From Thermoplasmatota archaeon (GTDB taxonomy: Archaea > Thermoplasmatota > Thermoplasmata > UBA10834), in the NCBI GenBank assembly GCA_040751795.1, contig JBFMHR010000002.1, forward strand, positions 96,001 through 160,000: a stretch of DNA of 64,000 nucleotides, written 5' to 3'. Of this stretch, positions 19,848 to 29,547 are shown one piece after another. Numbering within the stretch: position 1 is the first letter of the stretch; each line of letters starts with the position of its first letter. Position numbers and translations under genes: made by a program. Below the pieces are notes generated by a model. That model saw nothing but the letters and a program-made list of their open reading frames with translations. It made no database searches and was not told where the DNA came from.

Positions 19848-19904
19848 TCCTTCACTCCTTCCCCTCGTACGGGGAATCGCGGGCGGCCTATTGAGCGTGA
19901 CGGC

Positions 19905-21092
19905 TCAGAGGAACTCCTCGAACTCCTTGACGAGCTCGGGATGCCTGTCCTTGATCGCCTTCAGTATCGCGAAGGTGGACATCTTCTCCACGCCGACCTC
20001 GTTGAGCGTCGCTATGACCTTGTCGAAGGTCTCGTCGCTCAGGGTGACGAGCTTCTCCTTGGCCAGCCAGTTCCTGTAGAGGTTGTTCTCGAGCAGGTCG
20101 CGCCAGCCGTTCTCGTACCTCTTGAGGGACCTCTCGCTGAAGTCGTTCTCCTTGGTGGCGGCCGCCAGGACCTCGCCCGCGACCTTCCCCGCCTTGCAGG
20201 AGTTGGATATGCCCCCGCCGGTGATGGGGTCGATCTGCCTCGCGGCGTCCCCGACCAGGAGGATGCCGTCGCCGACCGTCCTCTCTATGGGGGCGCATAT
20301 CGAGACCGCGCCGCTGACCATCTCGAGGGGCCTCCCCTTCCTCAGCCTCGGGTCCCCCTGGATGAACTTGTCCAGCTGCTTCTTCACGTCCGCGGGGTGG
20401 CTGAGCTTGGTCAGCTGCATGCCAATGCCCACGTTGGCCGTGTCCTTGTTCTTGGGGAATATCCAGATGTACCCGCCCGGGGCCTTGCTGCCCAGGACGA
20501 ACTCGCAGTAGTCGAAGTCCTGGTCTATGTTGGTGAGGCGGTACTGGAAGCAGCTCGTGATGTCCCTCGGCGCGAGGCCGGTGTCAATGCCGGCCCAGCG
20601 GCCGACCTGCGACTCGAACCCGTCGGCCGCGACGACGCAGCCGCAGGTGATGTCCCTGGTGCCCTCCATCGACCTGACCCTGACGCCGACGACCTTGTTC
20701 CCGGACTTCAGGAGCTTGGTCGCGGAGGTCTTGAGCTGCAGGTCGGAGCCGGCCTTGATGGCGTCCCTGGCCAGCAGCTTGTCGAAGAAGACCCTGTCGA
20801 TGACTATGCCGACCTCGTCGCCGGCCATCTTCTCCGAGAGGAAGAAGGTCGAGCCGTTGGGCGACACGAGCTTCGCGCCCTTGACCTCCCACGCGACGCT
20901 CTTCTTGTCCAGCTTGAGCCCCACGGAGTCGTGCCACGAGCGGGATATCCCCTCGCCGCACCTGACGGGGGAGCCGACCTCCTGCCTCTTCTCGATCATC
21001 AGCACCTTGGCGCCCTTCTTCGCCGCCCACTTGGCGGTCATGGAGCCGGCCGGGCCGGCGCCCACGACGACGACGTCGTAATCGCGCTTCAT
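19905..21092 (-). CDS. ggr: Digeranylgeranylglycerophospholipid reductase (archaeal geranylgeranyl reductase)
   Basis: VVVVGAGPAGS, PVRCGEG, APGGYIWIFPK (YxWxFP), VGDAARQIDPITGGGI; ATG 21092 (alternative 21101). Confidence 0.93.
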   Translation of the reverse strand: MKRDYDVVVVGAGPAGSMTAKWAAKKGAKVLMIEKRQEVGSPVRCGEGISRSWHDSVGLKLDKKSVAWEVKGAKLVSPNGSTFFLSEKMAGDEVGIVIDRVFFDKLLARDAIKAGSDLQLKTSATKLLKSGNKVVGVRVRSMEGTRDITCGCVVAADGFESQVGRWAGIDTGLAPRDITSCFQYRLTNIDQDFDYCEFVLGSKAPGGYIWIFPKNKDTANVGIGMQLTKLSHPADVKKQLDKFIQGDPRLRKGRPLEMVSGAVSICAPIERTVGDGILLVGDAARQIDPITGGGISNSCKAGKVAGEVLAAATKENDFSERSLKRYENGWRDLLENNLYRNWLAKEKLVTLSDETFDKVIATLNEVGVEKMSTFAILKAIKDRHPELVKEFEEFL

Positions 21093-21093
21093 C

Positions 21094-21300
21094 TCAGTCA
21101 TCCTCCAGGAGGCTTATCGCGCCGACCGGGCACGCCTTGATGCACCTCTTGCAGAGGTTGCAGTCGTCGTTGAACTCCACGAGGACCTCCCTCAGGGTTA
21201 TCGCGTTCCGCGGGCAGGAGCCCACGCACGCCCCGCAGTGCATGCACTTGTCTATGTCCACCTCGAGCTCGTCGAGCTTGTCCTTGTTCAAACCTGACAC
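21094..21300 (-). CDS. 2[4Fe-4S] ferredoxin
   Basis: CMHCGACVGSCP and CNLCKRCIKACP. Confidence 0.92.
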   Translation of the reverse strand: MSGLNKDKLDELEVDIDKCMHCGACVGSCPRNAITLREVLVEFNDDCNLCKRCIKACPVGAISLLEDD

Positions 21301-21301
21301 C

Positions 21302-22855
21302 TCACGTGTACTGGTCCCCGTGCCTCTTCCTCCACTCTGCCAGCGGTATCGAGAACTTCTTCTCGACTCCCGTCCTGTACACGGGGCCCGAGTTGTAGGC
21401 GCAGAACGGGATGAGCTTCATGTCGGGGGTGGTGTAGTGGATGCTGCACCTCTTCACCCGCTCGACGTCGTAGTTGTAGGCGTCCATGAAGTGCATCGCG
21501 CCGATGTACATCATGTTCCAACTGAACTTCGAGAGGCCCTTCTTGGTGTCCTCGGAGAAGACCCTGCTGAGCACCTTGAGGAACTGCATGGTGTCCAGGC
21601 CCTCGGGCACCTCGTCCTTCTTCATGTGCCTCTTGAGCATGTTGAAGGCCTTGACCTTGGTGAACGTCTGGACCTTCTTCCCGTCCGCCTTCCGGGCAAG
21701 CTTGTGCATCTCCGCGAAGAGCTCGTCCACCTCGACGAACCGGGTGAGGGGCACGATGTTGTCCACGTCCTTTACGAAGAGGTATGTCGCGAGCCCGCAG
21801 TGCACGTGGTTCGTGAACGTGACCATGTTGCGTCCCGCGATCGCCGTCACCAGCTCGGAGACCGCGGTGACGGACGGGACCGGGTACCAGTCCGAGGCCT
21901 TGATCCTCCCCTTGGACTGCCTGTCCACGTCGTGGATGAGGTCGGTGAGGGTGTACCTGCCCTTCTCCAGCTCCTCGGTCGTTATCCTTCCCGTGAACGC
22001 CACGGGCTGGAAGTTCGCGCCGCGGACCACGTCGCTGTTCTTGATGCCGTACTCCAGTATCGGCCAGACCTGGTCGTCGTTGACGCCCTTCACTATCGTG
22101 GGCACGAGCACTATGGAGGGGTGGTTGGGCACCTGCCTGAAGTTCTCTATGACCTTCTGCTTGACGTCGAGGAGGTCCCTGCCCCTCGCCCTCTCGTAGA
22201 TCTCGGGGCGGAGCCCGTCGAACTGGAGGTAGAGTGTGTTCAGACCGGCCTCGCTCGCCTTCCTGCAGAAGTCGAGGCTCTTGGCGAACTCGATCCCGTT
22301 CGTGGCCGCCTGGACCTGGGCGAAGCCCATCCCCCTGGCCGCCTTGATCACGTCGAAGAACCGCGGGTATATGGTCGGCTCCCCGCCAGAGAACTGGACC
22401 GCTGGGCAAGGCACCGGCCTCTGCGCCCTGAGCAGCTTCAGCATCGCGATTATGGTGTCGTAGTCGGGTTCGTACACGTAGCCCGCGGAGTTCGCGTTGG
22501 CGAAGCATATGGGGCACTTGAGGTTGCACCGGTTGGTGAGGTCCACGTTCGCCAGCGCGGTGTGGCTGAGGTGGAGGTCGCACAGCCCGCAGTCGAACGG
22601 GCACTGCTTCGCCTTCGGTATGGCGGGCTCCTCGACCCCTATGCCGTCCCGGGCCCACTTCTCCACCCTCAGGTAGGTCTCCGCGTCGGACCAGACGACG
22701 TCCCTGAAGCTCCCGTGCTTGGGGCAGGTCTTCTCCATGACGACCTTGCCGTTCTCCTCCCGCATGGTCGCCTCTATGATGGTCAGGCACTCGGGGCATA
22801 GGCTCTCTGTCTTCTTAGGGAGGCCTACGGCCACCGTCGAATCCTTGGTGAGCAT
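21302..22855 (-). CDS. tes: Tetraether lipid synthase (Tes / GDGT-MAS, MJ0619-family radical SAM)
   Basis: N-terminal SLCPEC...KTCPKHG, CPFDCGLCDLH, radical SAM LTNRCNLKCPICFANA, QFSGGEPT, YLQFDG, HCGLATY, MHFMDAYNYDVERVKRCSIHY...IPFCAYN; ATG 22855 after GGGGAG (alternative 22867). Confidence 0.88.
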   Translation of the reverse strand: MLTKDSTVAVGLPKKTESLCPECLTIIEATMREENGKVVMEKTCPKHGSFRDVVWSDAETYLRVEKWARDGIGVEEPAIPKAKQCPFDCGLCDLHLSHTALANVDLTNRCNLKCPICFANANSAGYVYEPDYDTIIAMLKLLRAQRPVPCPAVQFSGGEPTIYPRFFDVIKAARGMGFAQVQAATNGIEFAKSLDFCRKASEAGLNTLYLQFDGLRPEIYERARGRDLLDVKQKVIENFRQVPNHPSIVLVPTIVKGVNDDQVWPILEYGIKNSDVVRGANFQPVAFTGRITTEELEKGRYTLTDLIHDVDRQSKGRIKASDWYPVPSVTAVSELVTAIAGRNMVTFTNHVHCGLATYLFVKDVDNIVPLTRFVEVDELFAEMHKLARKADGKKVQTFTKVKAFNMLKRHMKKDEVPEGLDTMQFLKVLSRVFSEDTKKGLSKFSWNMMYIGAMHFMDAYNYDVERVKRCSIHYTTPDMKLIPFCAYNSGPVYRTGVEKKFSIPLAEWRKRHGDQYT

Positions 22856-22891
22856 GTTACTCCCCATTCCCTTGGGGGTTAATTCCACAGG

Positions 22892-22927
22892 CGATAATTT
22901 AAATCTTATGTAGCTTATCGGGCTACA
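22892..22927. promoter_or_regulatory. Bidirectional promoter (palindromic TTTAAA) for tes and the TrmB gene, with inverted repeats
   Basis: ATTTAAAT at ~22897-22904; TGTAGC(22909-14)-N7-GCTACA(22922-27); CGATAA(22892-97)-N17-TTATCG(22915-20). Confidence 0.55.
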
Positions 22928-22928
22928 A

Positions 22929-23720
22929 ATGGACCTGAAGACCATCATATCCAAGATGGGCCTCGACGCCGAGGAGCTCCTGAGGGAGTACCAGAGGGTG
23001 TCCAGCATGCTCGGGCGTCTGGGCCTCTCGGAGTACGAGTCGAGGGGGTACGTCGCCCTCGTGGCCCTCGGCTCAGGAACCGCCAACAATGTAGCTGACA
23101 TAGCACAGATACCCCGGACATCTGCCTACAAGGTCATGAAGTCCCTCGAGGCGAAGGGCTTCGCGCAGCAGAAGCCCGGTAGGCCGCGCTCCTTCTCCCC
23201 GGTAGAGCCGGCGGAGGTCTCGGCCCGCCTTGTGGCCGAGGTCCGCGAGTCCTTCGAGAAGATCGCCTCCGTGAGGAACGTGCTCTCAGAGAGGGGCGTC
23301 CCCCAGCTCGTCTACACCATCATGGGGAAGGAGCGCGTCTTCGAGAAGATTGGAGAGATGCTGGACCGGTCGGAGCACACCTTCGTGATATCGTCGCCGT
23401 CCTTCACCGGCCTCAGGAGGAGGCTGGGGAAGCGCTTCGCGGCCGCCTCGAGCAGGGGCGTCCGCGTCGTGGTCATCACAAGCCCGTTCGTCAAGGTCCC
23501 GAGGGGCCTGGAGACCGTCAGGCGGGAGGGGCTGATCGCCACCGACGCGATCAGCGACGGGCGGTCCGCCCTCCTCGCGGCCCCGGACCTGTCGGCGTGC
23601 GGCTACACGGACAACGAGACCCTCGCGGCGCACCTGGACGAGTTCCTGAGGATCATGTCGGAGAGGCGCCCTAGCGGAAGAGGTCCTGCGGCCGCCGGGC
23701 CTTCTTCGACTCGGCCTTGA
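22929..23720 (+). CDS. TrmB family transcriptional regulator
   Basis: LGLSEYESRGYVAL...IPRTSAYKVMKSLEAKGF...GRPRSFSPV plus C-terminal effector domain; apparently leaderless. Confidence 0.9.
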   Translation: MDLKTIISKMGLDAEELLREYQRVSSMLGRLGLSEYESRGYVALVALGSGTANNVADIAQIPRTSAYKVMKSLEAKGFAQQKPGRPRSFSPVEPAEVSARLVAEVRESFEKIASVRNVLSERGVPQLVYTIMGKERVFEKIGEMLDRSEHTFVISSPSFTGLRRRLGKRFAAASSRGVRVVVITSPFVKVPRGLETVRREGLIATDAISDGRSALLAAPDLSACGYTDNETLAAHLDEFLRIMSERRPSGRGPAAAGPSSTRP

Positions 23721-24933
23721 TCACCGTCTTGATCAGGAACGGCGCGTAGATCGTGGTCGCGATGGACACCAGTACTATCACCGAGTAGGTGGTGGGGCTT
23801 ATGGTCGCCATGTTCAGGCCTATCATCGCCACCACGATGCCCACCTCGCCCCGGGGGACCATCCCCGCGCCGACTATCAGGGCCGTCCTCTCGCCCCGCC
23901 TTATCGCGCCGAGCGAGCACCCGATGAGCTTGCTCACGATGGCCACCATGGTGAGGGCTATGGCCAAGGGCGCGACCTCCCACAGGTCCGCGAACCCGAC
24001 CTTCGCCCCCATGACGACGAAGAAGAACGGCACCATGAGGACGTTCAGGGGCTCGAACTTCTGCTCTAGCTCGTAGGTCTCCTTCGTGTCTGAGAATATG
24101 AGGCCGGCGAAGAACGCGCCTATGATGGCCGCCAGGCCGACGTATGACGCCATGGCCGAGAGGCCGAACACCACTATGAGTATGATGACGAAGGGCGCCT
24201 CCTTCTGCACCAGCCTGTCGAACCAGCTGTCCCTCTTGAACGCGGTGGTGCGGTAGTGGATGGCGTAGGAGCCGTTCACCATGCGGTCGCCCCGGATCTC
24301 GCGCTTCCCGGAGGCGTACCTGACCATCCTCGTGCCGAGGATCGTGACTATCGCGACGAAGCAGAGCGCCTCCGCGACCACCACGCCGATGTGCAGGGTG
24401 TCGAGGCTGCCCGAGGCGCTCCCCGACACGATGGTGAGGACGATCATCGCGAGGATGTCGTCCACGACGGCGGCGCCGAGGATGATCTTCGCCTCGGTAG
24501 TGCCGATCATCCCGAGGTCCTGCAGCACCCTCGCGGTGATGCCCACGCTGGTGGCGACCAGGGCAGCCCCCACGAACATGGCCTCGACCGACGACATGAA
24601 CAGGAGCACGGAGACGTAGTAGCCCATCACGAAGGGAGTGACCACGCCGAGGACGGCGACGGAGGTCGCGACGAGGCCGACCCGCCTGAGCTCGGTGAGC
24701 TTGGTCTCCATCCCGACCGAGAAGAGCAGGAAGGTGGCGCCGAGCTGCGCGAGGACGTCCAGGAATGTCTGGTCCTCCGTGATGAGGTTGAGGATCGACG
24801 GGCCCAGTACGATGCCCGCCATGAGCTCCCCCACCACCGCGGGGAGCCTCATCCTCTCCATGACCTCGCCGCCCACCTTCGCCGCGAGGAAGGCCACGAA
24901 GATCAGGACAAGGGTTCCCTCAGTGCTGGCCAA
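23671..24933 (-). CDS. Cation:proton antiporter (CPA2/NapA-like)
   Basis: PAVVGELMAGIVLGP, LVATSVGITARVL, GAAVVDDIL, GMVPRGEV; TTG 24933 after GGATGGGATG, with TATA-like TTAAATA ~36 nt upstream (alternative ATG 24969). Confidence 0.92.
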   Translation of the reverse strand: MASTEGTLVLIFVAFLAAKVGGEVMERMRLPAVVGELMAGIVLGPSILNLITEDQTFLDVLAQLGATFLLFSVGMETKLTELRRVGLVATSVAVLGVVTPFVMGYYVSVLLFMSSVEAMFVGAALVATSVGITARVLQDLGMIGTTEAKIILGAAVVDDILAMIVLTIVSGSASGSLDTLHIGVVVAEALCFVAIVTILGTRMVRYASGKREIRGDRMVNGSYAIHYRTTAFKRDSWFDRLVQKEAPFVIILIVVFGLSAMASYVGLAAIIGAFFAGLIFSDTKETYELEQKFEPLNVLMVPFFFVVMGAKVGFADLWEVAPLAIALTMVAIVSKLIGCSLGAIRRGERTALIVGAGMVPRGEVGIVVAMIGLNMATISPTTYSVIVLVSIATTIYAPFLIKTVIKAESKKARRPQDLFR

Positions 24934-25059
24934 CGCATCCCATCCGAGCACTTGAATGCCCTCTGGCATATTTAACGGTGAGGCGCGCCCGGCGCGCCCG
25001 ATGTATGCTGCATGTATGCCCAACGGTCAACTGTCTCGGGCGCCCTCGGCGGTCCGAGG

Positions 25060-28000
25060 ATGGCTGTGTCCGGAACATTGTCCTTAGGGAGCAACGGAGC
25101 GGGCCCGCTCAAGCGGCTCGCAGCAGACGACAGGGCCCAAGTGTCCTTCTCCGTGGTGGCGGTGGCGGTGCTGCTGCTCGCCACGGCGTCCGGGGCCTAC
25201 TTCACCAAGAAGGAGATCGACAGGGCGGAGGACGCGAGGCGGGACAGGCTCCTCGAGTGCATGGGGTCCTCCATCGAGGAGGTCCGGCTCGAGGTAGGGC
25301 TGTACGCCGCCGCGCAGGCCAACGCGATCGTCTCCTGCTGGAAGGAGTACCCCGTCAACGAGACGAGGCTGTCCCAGCGGTACTCGTCGTCCGTCCACGA
25401 GTACCTCCGCGGGACGTTCCCGCGGCATCTGGACGGTTTCTCCCTGGAGGCCTCGAACTGGTCGGGGGCGCTGTTCTTCGTCGAGAAGCAGACGATGGAC
25501 GTCGCGCCGCCCGAGGAGCCCGAGGCCGGGACGATGGTGCTGGAAGGGACCGAGATGGAGTACGAGCGGCTCCCGCCGCCGACGACGGACGAACTCGCAG
25601 TGACCACCGCGAACCCATACTACATTGCCTTGGGCAACTTCTCGGTCGTCGCGCTGTCGGAGGCCGCATCGCTCTCCAAGGACCTCTCGTTCGACAGGCC
25701 GATCATATCCGCGCTCCCGTTCCTGGAGACCAAGCTGAGGGCGTTCGAGGCCGCGTCGGATGGGGAGCTCTCTGACATGGGCCAGCTCGTGGGCTACATG
25801 CTCACGACCCTGGCCCAGCTGAGGGCCCTGGAGGGGTACGGGGTCCCGACCTACACCGGTCTGGACACAGCCGCGATCCTCACCGAGCAGGACGTGTACA
25901 GGGCGGTGGCCGTCTCCCTGCTGATCGAGCAGGTGAGGCTGTTCAGGGACTTCGACGGATCGTTCGCCGACCAGGTCGTGGAGGCCTGCGGGGGAGGCTC
26001 CCTGGGCATCTCCGCCCTCGCCGGCTTCAGCGGCCGGTGCCTCGACCCGGCCGAGCTGTTCCTGTGGTTCCTGGGCAAGGCCGAGCCGGAGCTGGACCCC
26101 AGGATGCTCGTGGCCCAGGCGGTCGCCGGCCTGGCCGACCAGCTCGTGCTGAAGATGATGGACTACATGGGGTGGCTGGGGGCGCTCGGCCTCGCGGACC
26201 AGGCGCTCGACCTCGTCGACGACACGGTCGACTCCTTGGTCGAGTACCTCACGGGCGAGGACCAGGACCTCGCGGCCGTCGTGTCTTGGGTCCGGAGGAC
26301 GGTCGAGCTGGCATGCGAGCTCCCGGACGCCCACACCACCGCCTTCCGCGCAGACTCGGACTTCGTTGTCTACGTGCCCGAGCGGCAGTACTTCGTCGAG
26401 GACGCGTCGGGCGCCCTCTACCCTGTCTGGGTCGGGGGATCATTCGAGTCCGTGGACGTGCCCTCCCACGACATCCTCTCCTCCGGCCCGTGGGCCGACT
26501 TCTACCCGGACTTCAAGGACCGGCAGGCCTCGCTCACGGGCCTGCTCTACGACAGCATCAAGCGGCTCTCCTTCGACCTCGCATCGGCCTGCACCGTCGA
26601 GCTCTCGGGGATGGCGTTCGACCCCGCGGACGGCACGGACCTCTTCACCGCGATGTCCGAGCGGGCTGGCGACATAGAGGTGACGATCTCCCCCGAGGCC
26701 GCCATCGTGGCCGGGGAGGCCCTCCCGATGTTCAGCTCGCAGTACTCCCTCTCCCAGGCGTTCGCGGCCTTCGTGGCCGAGAGGGCCGGCGAGATGGTCC
26801 CGCCCGACATCGAGGACGCGATGTTCGACGACATAGCGGAGCGTGTGCTCGCTGGCGCATCTGCCCCGTACATACCGGACCTCGCGGTGCCGGTGTCGCA
26901 GCAGCTGCGGGACATCGTGAGGAACGACGTCGAGGGTAGCGCCGAGTGGGGCGTGGGCCTGCAGGCCTCCGACCTGTTCGACATGGTCTTCGGCCAGTCC
27001 CTCGAAGGCCTCTCCAGGGCGGTCTGCTCCTCGGTCACCGAGGCGGACGACAGTTTCCTGGGCCCCCTGGTCGACTCCGTCGCGACGGCGCTCATCGTCG
27101 GCTCCTCGACGTTCCCCGGGCTGCCGCATGTGGCGGAGGAGGCGCTGAGCGCCTTCGCCAGGGCCGCGCTGGCCCAGGGACGCATGTCGCCCTTCAAGCG
27201 GTCCGCGTACCTCGACGCCGGAGGCGACTTCCAGTTCTGGGACGGCGACCTGGACGCCGCCGAGGCGTCGGGCTCGGTGCTCGACGCCACGGCGTCCGTG
27301 GAGGTCCCCGGCGGCCTGCCGCCCCTGACCGCGGTGCCGTACGACCCCGAGGCAGACTACACGTCGGTGGAGAACCTGTTCCCCGCGGACGAGGTGCTGG
27401 TCCAGGTGAAGGCGCCATGGGACTACGACCGCTCCAGCGACGGGTACCCCAACCTGCACCTCACGTCGCTCACCAACGTCTCGGCGACCCCGTACTCGGC
27501 CCAGTGGCTCGTGTCGGTGAGGGGCCTCGTGCAGCTCAGGGCGGCCTGCTCCGACCCCTACCTGGTGACGTCCGCGGAGCCGGACCCGGTGGTCGAGACC
27601 CCCGTCCTCATATCCATCTGCGTGCCGGTGCTGGTGCACTCGGCATGGCCCCTCGAGGGCGTGGAGTACAACCCCACCAACACGGCCCTCTCCGACGCCC
27701 TCGACGTGGCCTCCAAGTTCTGCGACTACCTCTGGGACAAGCTCGAGCCGGCCCTGGGATGGGTGAGGGAGGGCCTCGAGGCGCTCTACCACTTCGTCAG
27801 GGACGCGTTCACGACGCTGGCGAGCTTCACGATGAAGGTCGTCAAGGTCGTGTCGCGCTGCATCCAGGCGATGGTCGAGACCCTGCAGACCTACCTCCAG
27901 AAGTTCGCCGACTCCGTCCTCGGCAAGGCGGTCGGCATATTCGTCGACCTTGTTGGCAACGTGGAGCTGCGCGTCTCCATGCACGGCCTCACCCTCATAA

Positions 28001-29493
28001 TCCGGACCAACCTCCCCGACCTGCTCTTCAAGAAGTCCCAGGACCTAGTGCGGATCATCGTGTGCACCGACAGGTTCGGCCCCGGGATCGCCTTCGGGTT
28101 CAGGATCGCGAAGCTCACCGACGGGAGGTTCGACGTCGTGGTGAACGGCACCCTCACGTTCGAGTCGGGCTCGGTGGAGGTCGTGGTCGACCCGCTCATG
28201 ATCATCCTCCGGAGGTTCGTGGAGGTCCACTGCAGGACCGACACCTGGGCCCTGGACATGGTGATGCCGGAGGCGGAGCCCTACGAGACCGCCGAGGTGA
28301 GCACCTCGGACCTCCCGGGCGCTAGCGCCCTCCTCTCGAACATACCGATACCGATGCTGGGGGTGAGCGCCTCCGTCGAGGCCGGCCTCCGCATGAAGTA
28401 CACGCCCCCGTTCCCCACCGACGTCGTGGTGAACGAGTTCGAGGCCAACCCGAAGGGCGACGACTCCGGGGCGGAGTGGGTCGAGCTCTACAACCCGCTG
28501 GACGAGCCACGGTGCGTGGACGGCTGGACGCTGCGGACCACTCATGGGGAGGGGCACGAGATGCCCCTCTCGGGCACGGTCCCGGCGAACGGCCGCCTCG
28601 TGTTCACCTTCCCGGAGACGGCCATAGACAACGGCTACCCCGGGGACCCGCTGAACGACGGCGACTCCCTGGTGCTCCTCGACACGGCGGGCAAGACCGT
28701 GGACGTGACGCCCACACTGAGCGACGACCTGAACGACGGGAGGACCCACCAGAGGAGCTGGGACGGCGGCCCGAAGTGGGCCCTGAAGGAGGGGACCATG
28801 GGGCTCCCGAACGGGGCGCCCATCCTGCTCGCGACCTCGGACTTCATAGCGCAGGCGCTCTTCACCGCGTTCAAGGAGGCCTTCGACGAGACGCGGCTCA
28901 CGGAGGTCTCGGCGTCGCTGGACTTCGTGGCCCTCCTCGCGAAGAGGGTGCTCCACCACTTCATCGAGAACCTCCTCTCCATCGTGAAGGAGGTCATCCA
29001 CGAGGTCATCCTGTACGTCAAGGTGGTGTTCAGCGACGCGACCGGCGCCGCCGGGCTGGGGGTGCGCGCGTCCTTCGTGGTCACGGGGGAGGCGATCGTC
29101 GACCTCCTCAGGTGGCTCATCCACACGGTCGCGGCGTTCATAGTGAACGTGGGCAGGGCCGGGAACCCGGCCGCGTACCCGCCCTTCCCGACGGAGTTCT
29201 TCTCCGGGCTCTTCGTGCGCTTCGACGTGCTGATGGAGGTCGGCACCCCCAGGATGGTCGCGGCGCTGGGCGTGACCAGCGAGCTGGAGGGGAGGCTGAC
29301 CTGCGTCGCCACCATAGGCCCCAACCTGCCCTGCCTGGGCAAGCTTGCGGGGCGTGACTGGGGGCAGTGGCGGGTGGACTTCGGCGTGTACCTGGAGCGC
29401 GTGCCGAGGGAGTACGTCTCGGGCTTTCTGCTCAAGGACACGGGGGACGAGGTGGACCTCTGGCTGATGAGGGGGAGCGTCTACGGGCCCTGA
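25060..29493 (+). CDS. Large surface protein with a class III (archaeal pilin-like) signal peptide and a lamin-tail domain
   Basis: KRLAADDRA/QVSFSVVAVAVLLLA N-terminus; LTD motif VVVNEFEANPKGDDSGAEWVELYNP...VDGWTL...LNDGDSLVLLD; ATG 25060 (alternative 25012). Confidence 0.75.
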   Translation: MAVSGTLSLGSNGAGPLKRLAADDRAQVSFSVVAVAVLLLATASGAYFTKKEIDRAEDARRDRLLECMGSSIEEVRLEVGLYAAAQANAIVSCWKEYPVNETRLSQRYSSSVHEYLRGTFPRHLDGFSLEASNWSGALFFVEKQTMDVAPPEEPEAGTMVLEGTEMEYERLPPPTTDELAVTTANPYYIALGNFSVVALSEAASLSKDLSFDRPIISALPFLETKLRAFEAASDGELSDMGQLVGYMLTTLAQLRALEGYGVPTYTGLDTAAILTEQDVYRAVAVSLLIEQVRLFRDFDGSFADQVVEACGGGSLGISALAGFSGRCLDPAELFLWFLGKAEPELDPRMLVAQAVAGLADQLVLKMMDYMGWLGALGLADQALDLVDDTVDSLVEYLTGEDQDLAAVVSWVRRTVELACELPDAHTTAFRADSDFVVYVPERQYFVEDASGALYPVWVGGSFESVDVPSHDILSSGPWADFYPDFKDRQASLTGLLYDSIKRLSFDLASACTVELSGMAFDPADGTDLFTAMSERAGDIEVTISPEAAIVAGEALPMFSSQYSLSQAFAAFVAERAGEMVPPDIEDAMFDDIAERVLAGASAPYIPDLAVPVSQQLRDIVRNDVEGSAEWGVGLQASDLFDMVFGQSLEGLSRAVCSSVTEADDSFLGPLVDSVATALIVGSSTFPGLPHVAEEALSAFARAALAQGRMSPFKRSAYLDAGGDFQFWDGDLDAAEASGSVLDATASVEVPGGLPPLTAVPYDPEADYTSVENLFPADEVLVQVKAPWDYDRSSDGYPNLHLTSLTNVSATPYSAQWLVSVRGLVQLRAACSDPYLVTSAEPDPVVETPVLISICVPVLVHSAWPLEGVEYNPTNTALSDALDVASKFCDYLWDKLEPALGWVREGLEALYHFVRDAFTTLASFTMKVVKVVSRCIQAMVETLQTYLQKFADSVLGKAVGIFVDLVGNVELRVSMHGLTLIIRTNLPDLLFKKSQDLVRIIVCTDRFGPGIAFGFRIAKLTDGRFDVVVNGTLTFESGSVEVVVDPLMIILRRFVEVHCRTDTWALDMVMPEAEPYETAEVSTSDLPGASALLSNIPIPMLGVSASVEAGLRMKYTPPFPTDVVVNEFEANPKGDDSGAEWVELYNPLDEPRCVDGWTLRTTHGEGHEMPLSGTVPANGRLVFTFPETAIDNGYPGDPLNDGDSLVLLDTAGKTVDVTPTLSDDLNDGRTHQRSWDGGPKWALKEGTMGLPNGAPILLATSDFIAQALFTAFKEAFDETRLTEVSASLDFVALLAKRVLHHFIENLLSIVKEVIHEVILYVKVVFSDATGAAGLGVRASFVVTGEAIVDLLRWLIHTVAAFIVNVGRAGNPAAYPPFPTEFFSGLFVRFDVLMEVGTPRMVAALGVTSELEGRLTCVATIGPNLPCLGKLAGRDWGQWRVDFGVYLERVPREYVSGFLLKDTGDEVDLWLMRGSVYGP

Positions 29494-29547
29494 GGCCCTC
29501 CCGCGAAAATACTAAGTGCTGCTAGCGTATCAGAGGGCCGGTACCAG

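Noticed and set aside
23090-23108. Second copy of the TGTAGC operator inside the TrmB coding sequence
   Set aside because: Only the left half-site matches; the right half is out of register, so it may be chance.
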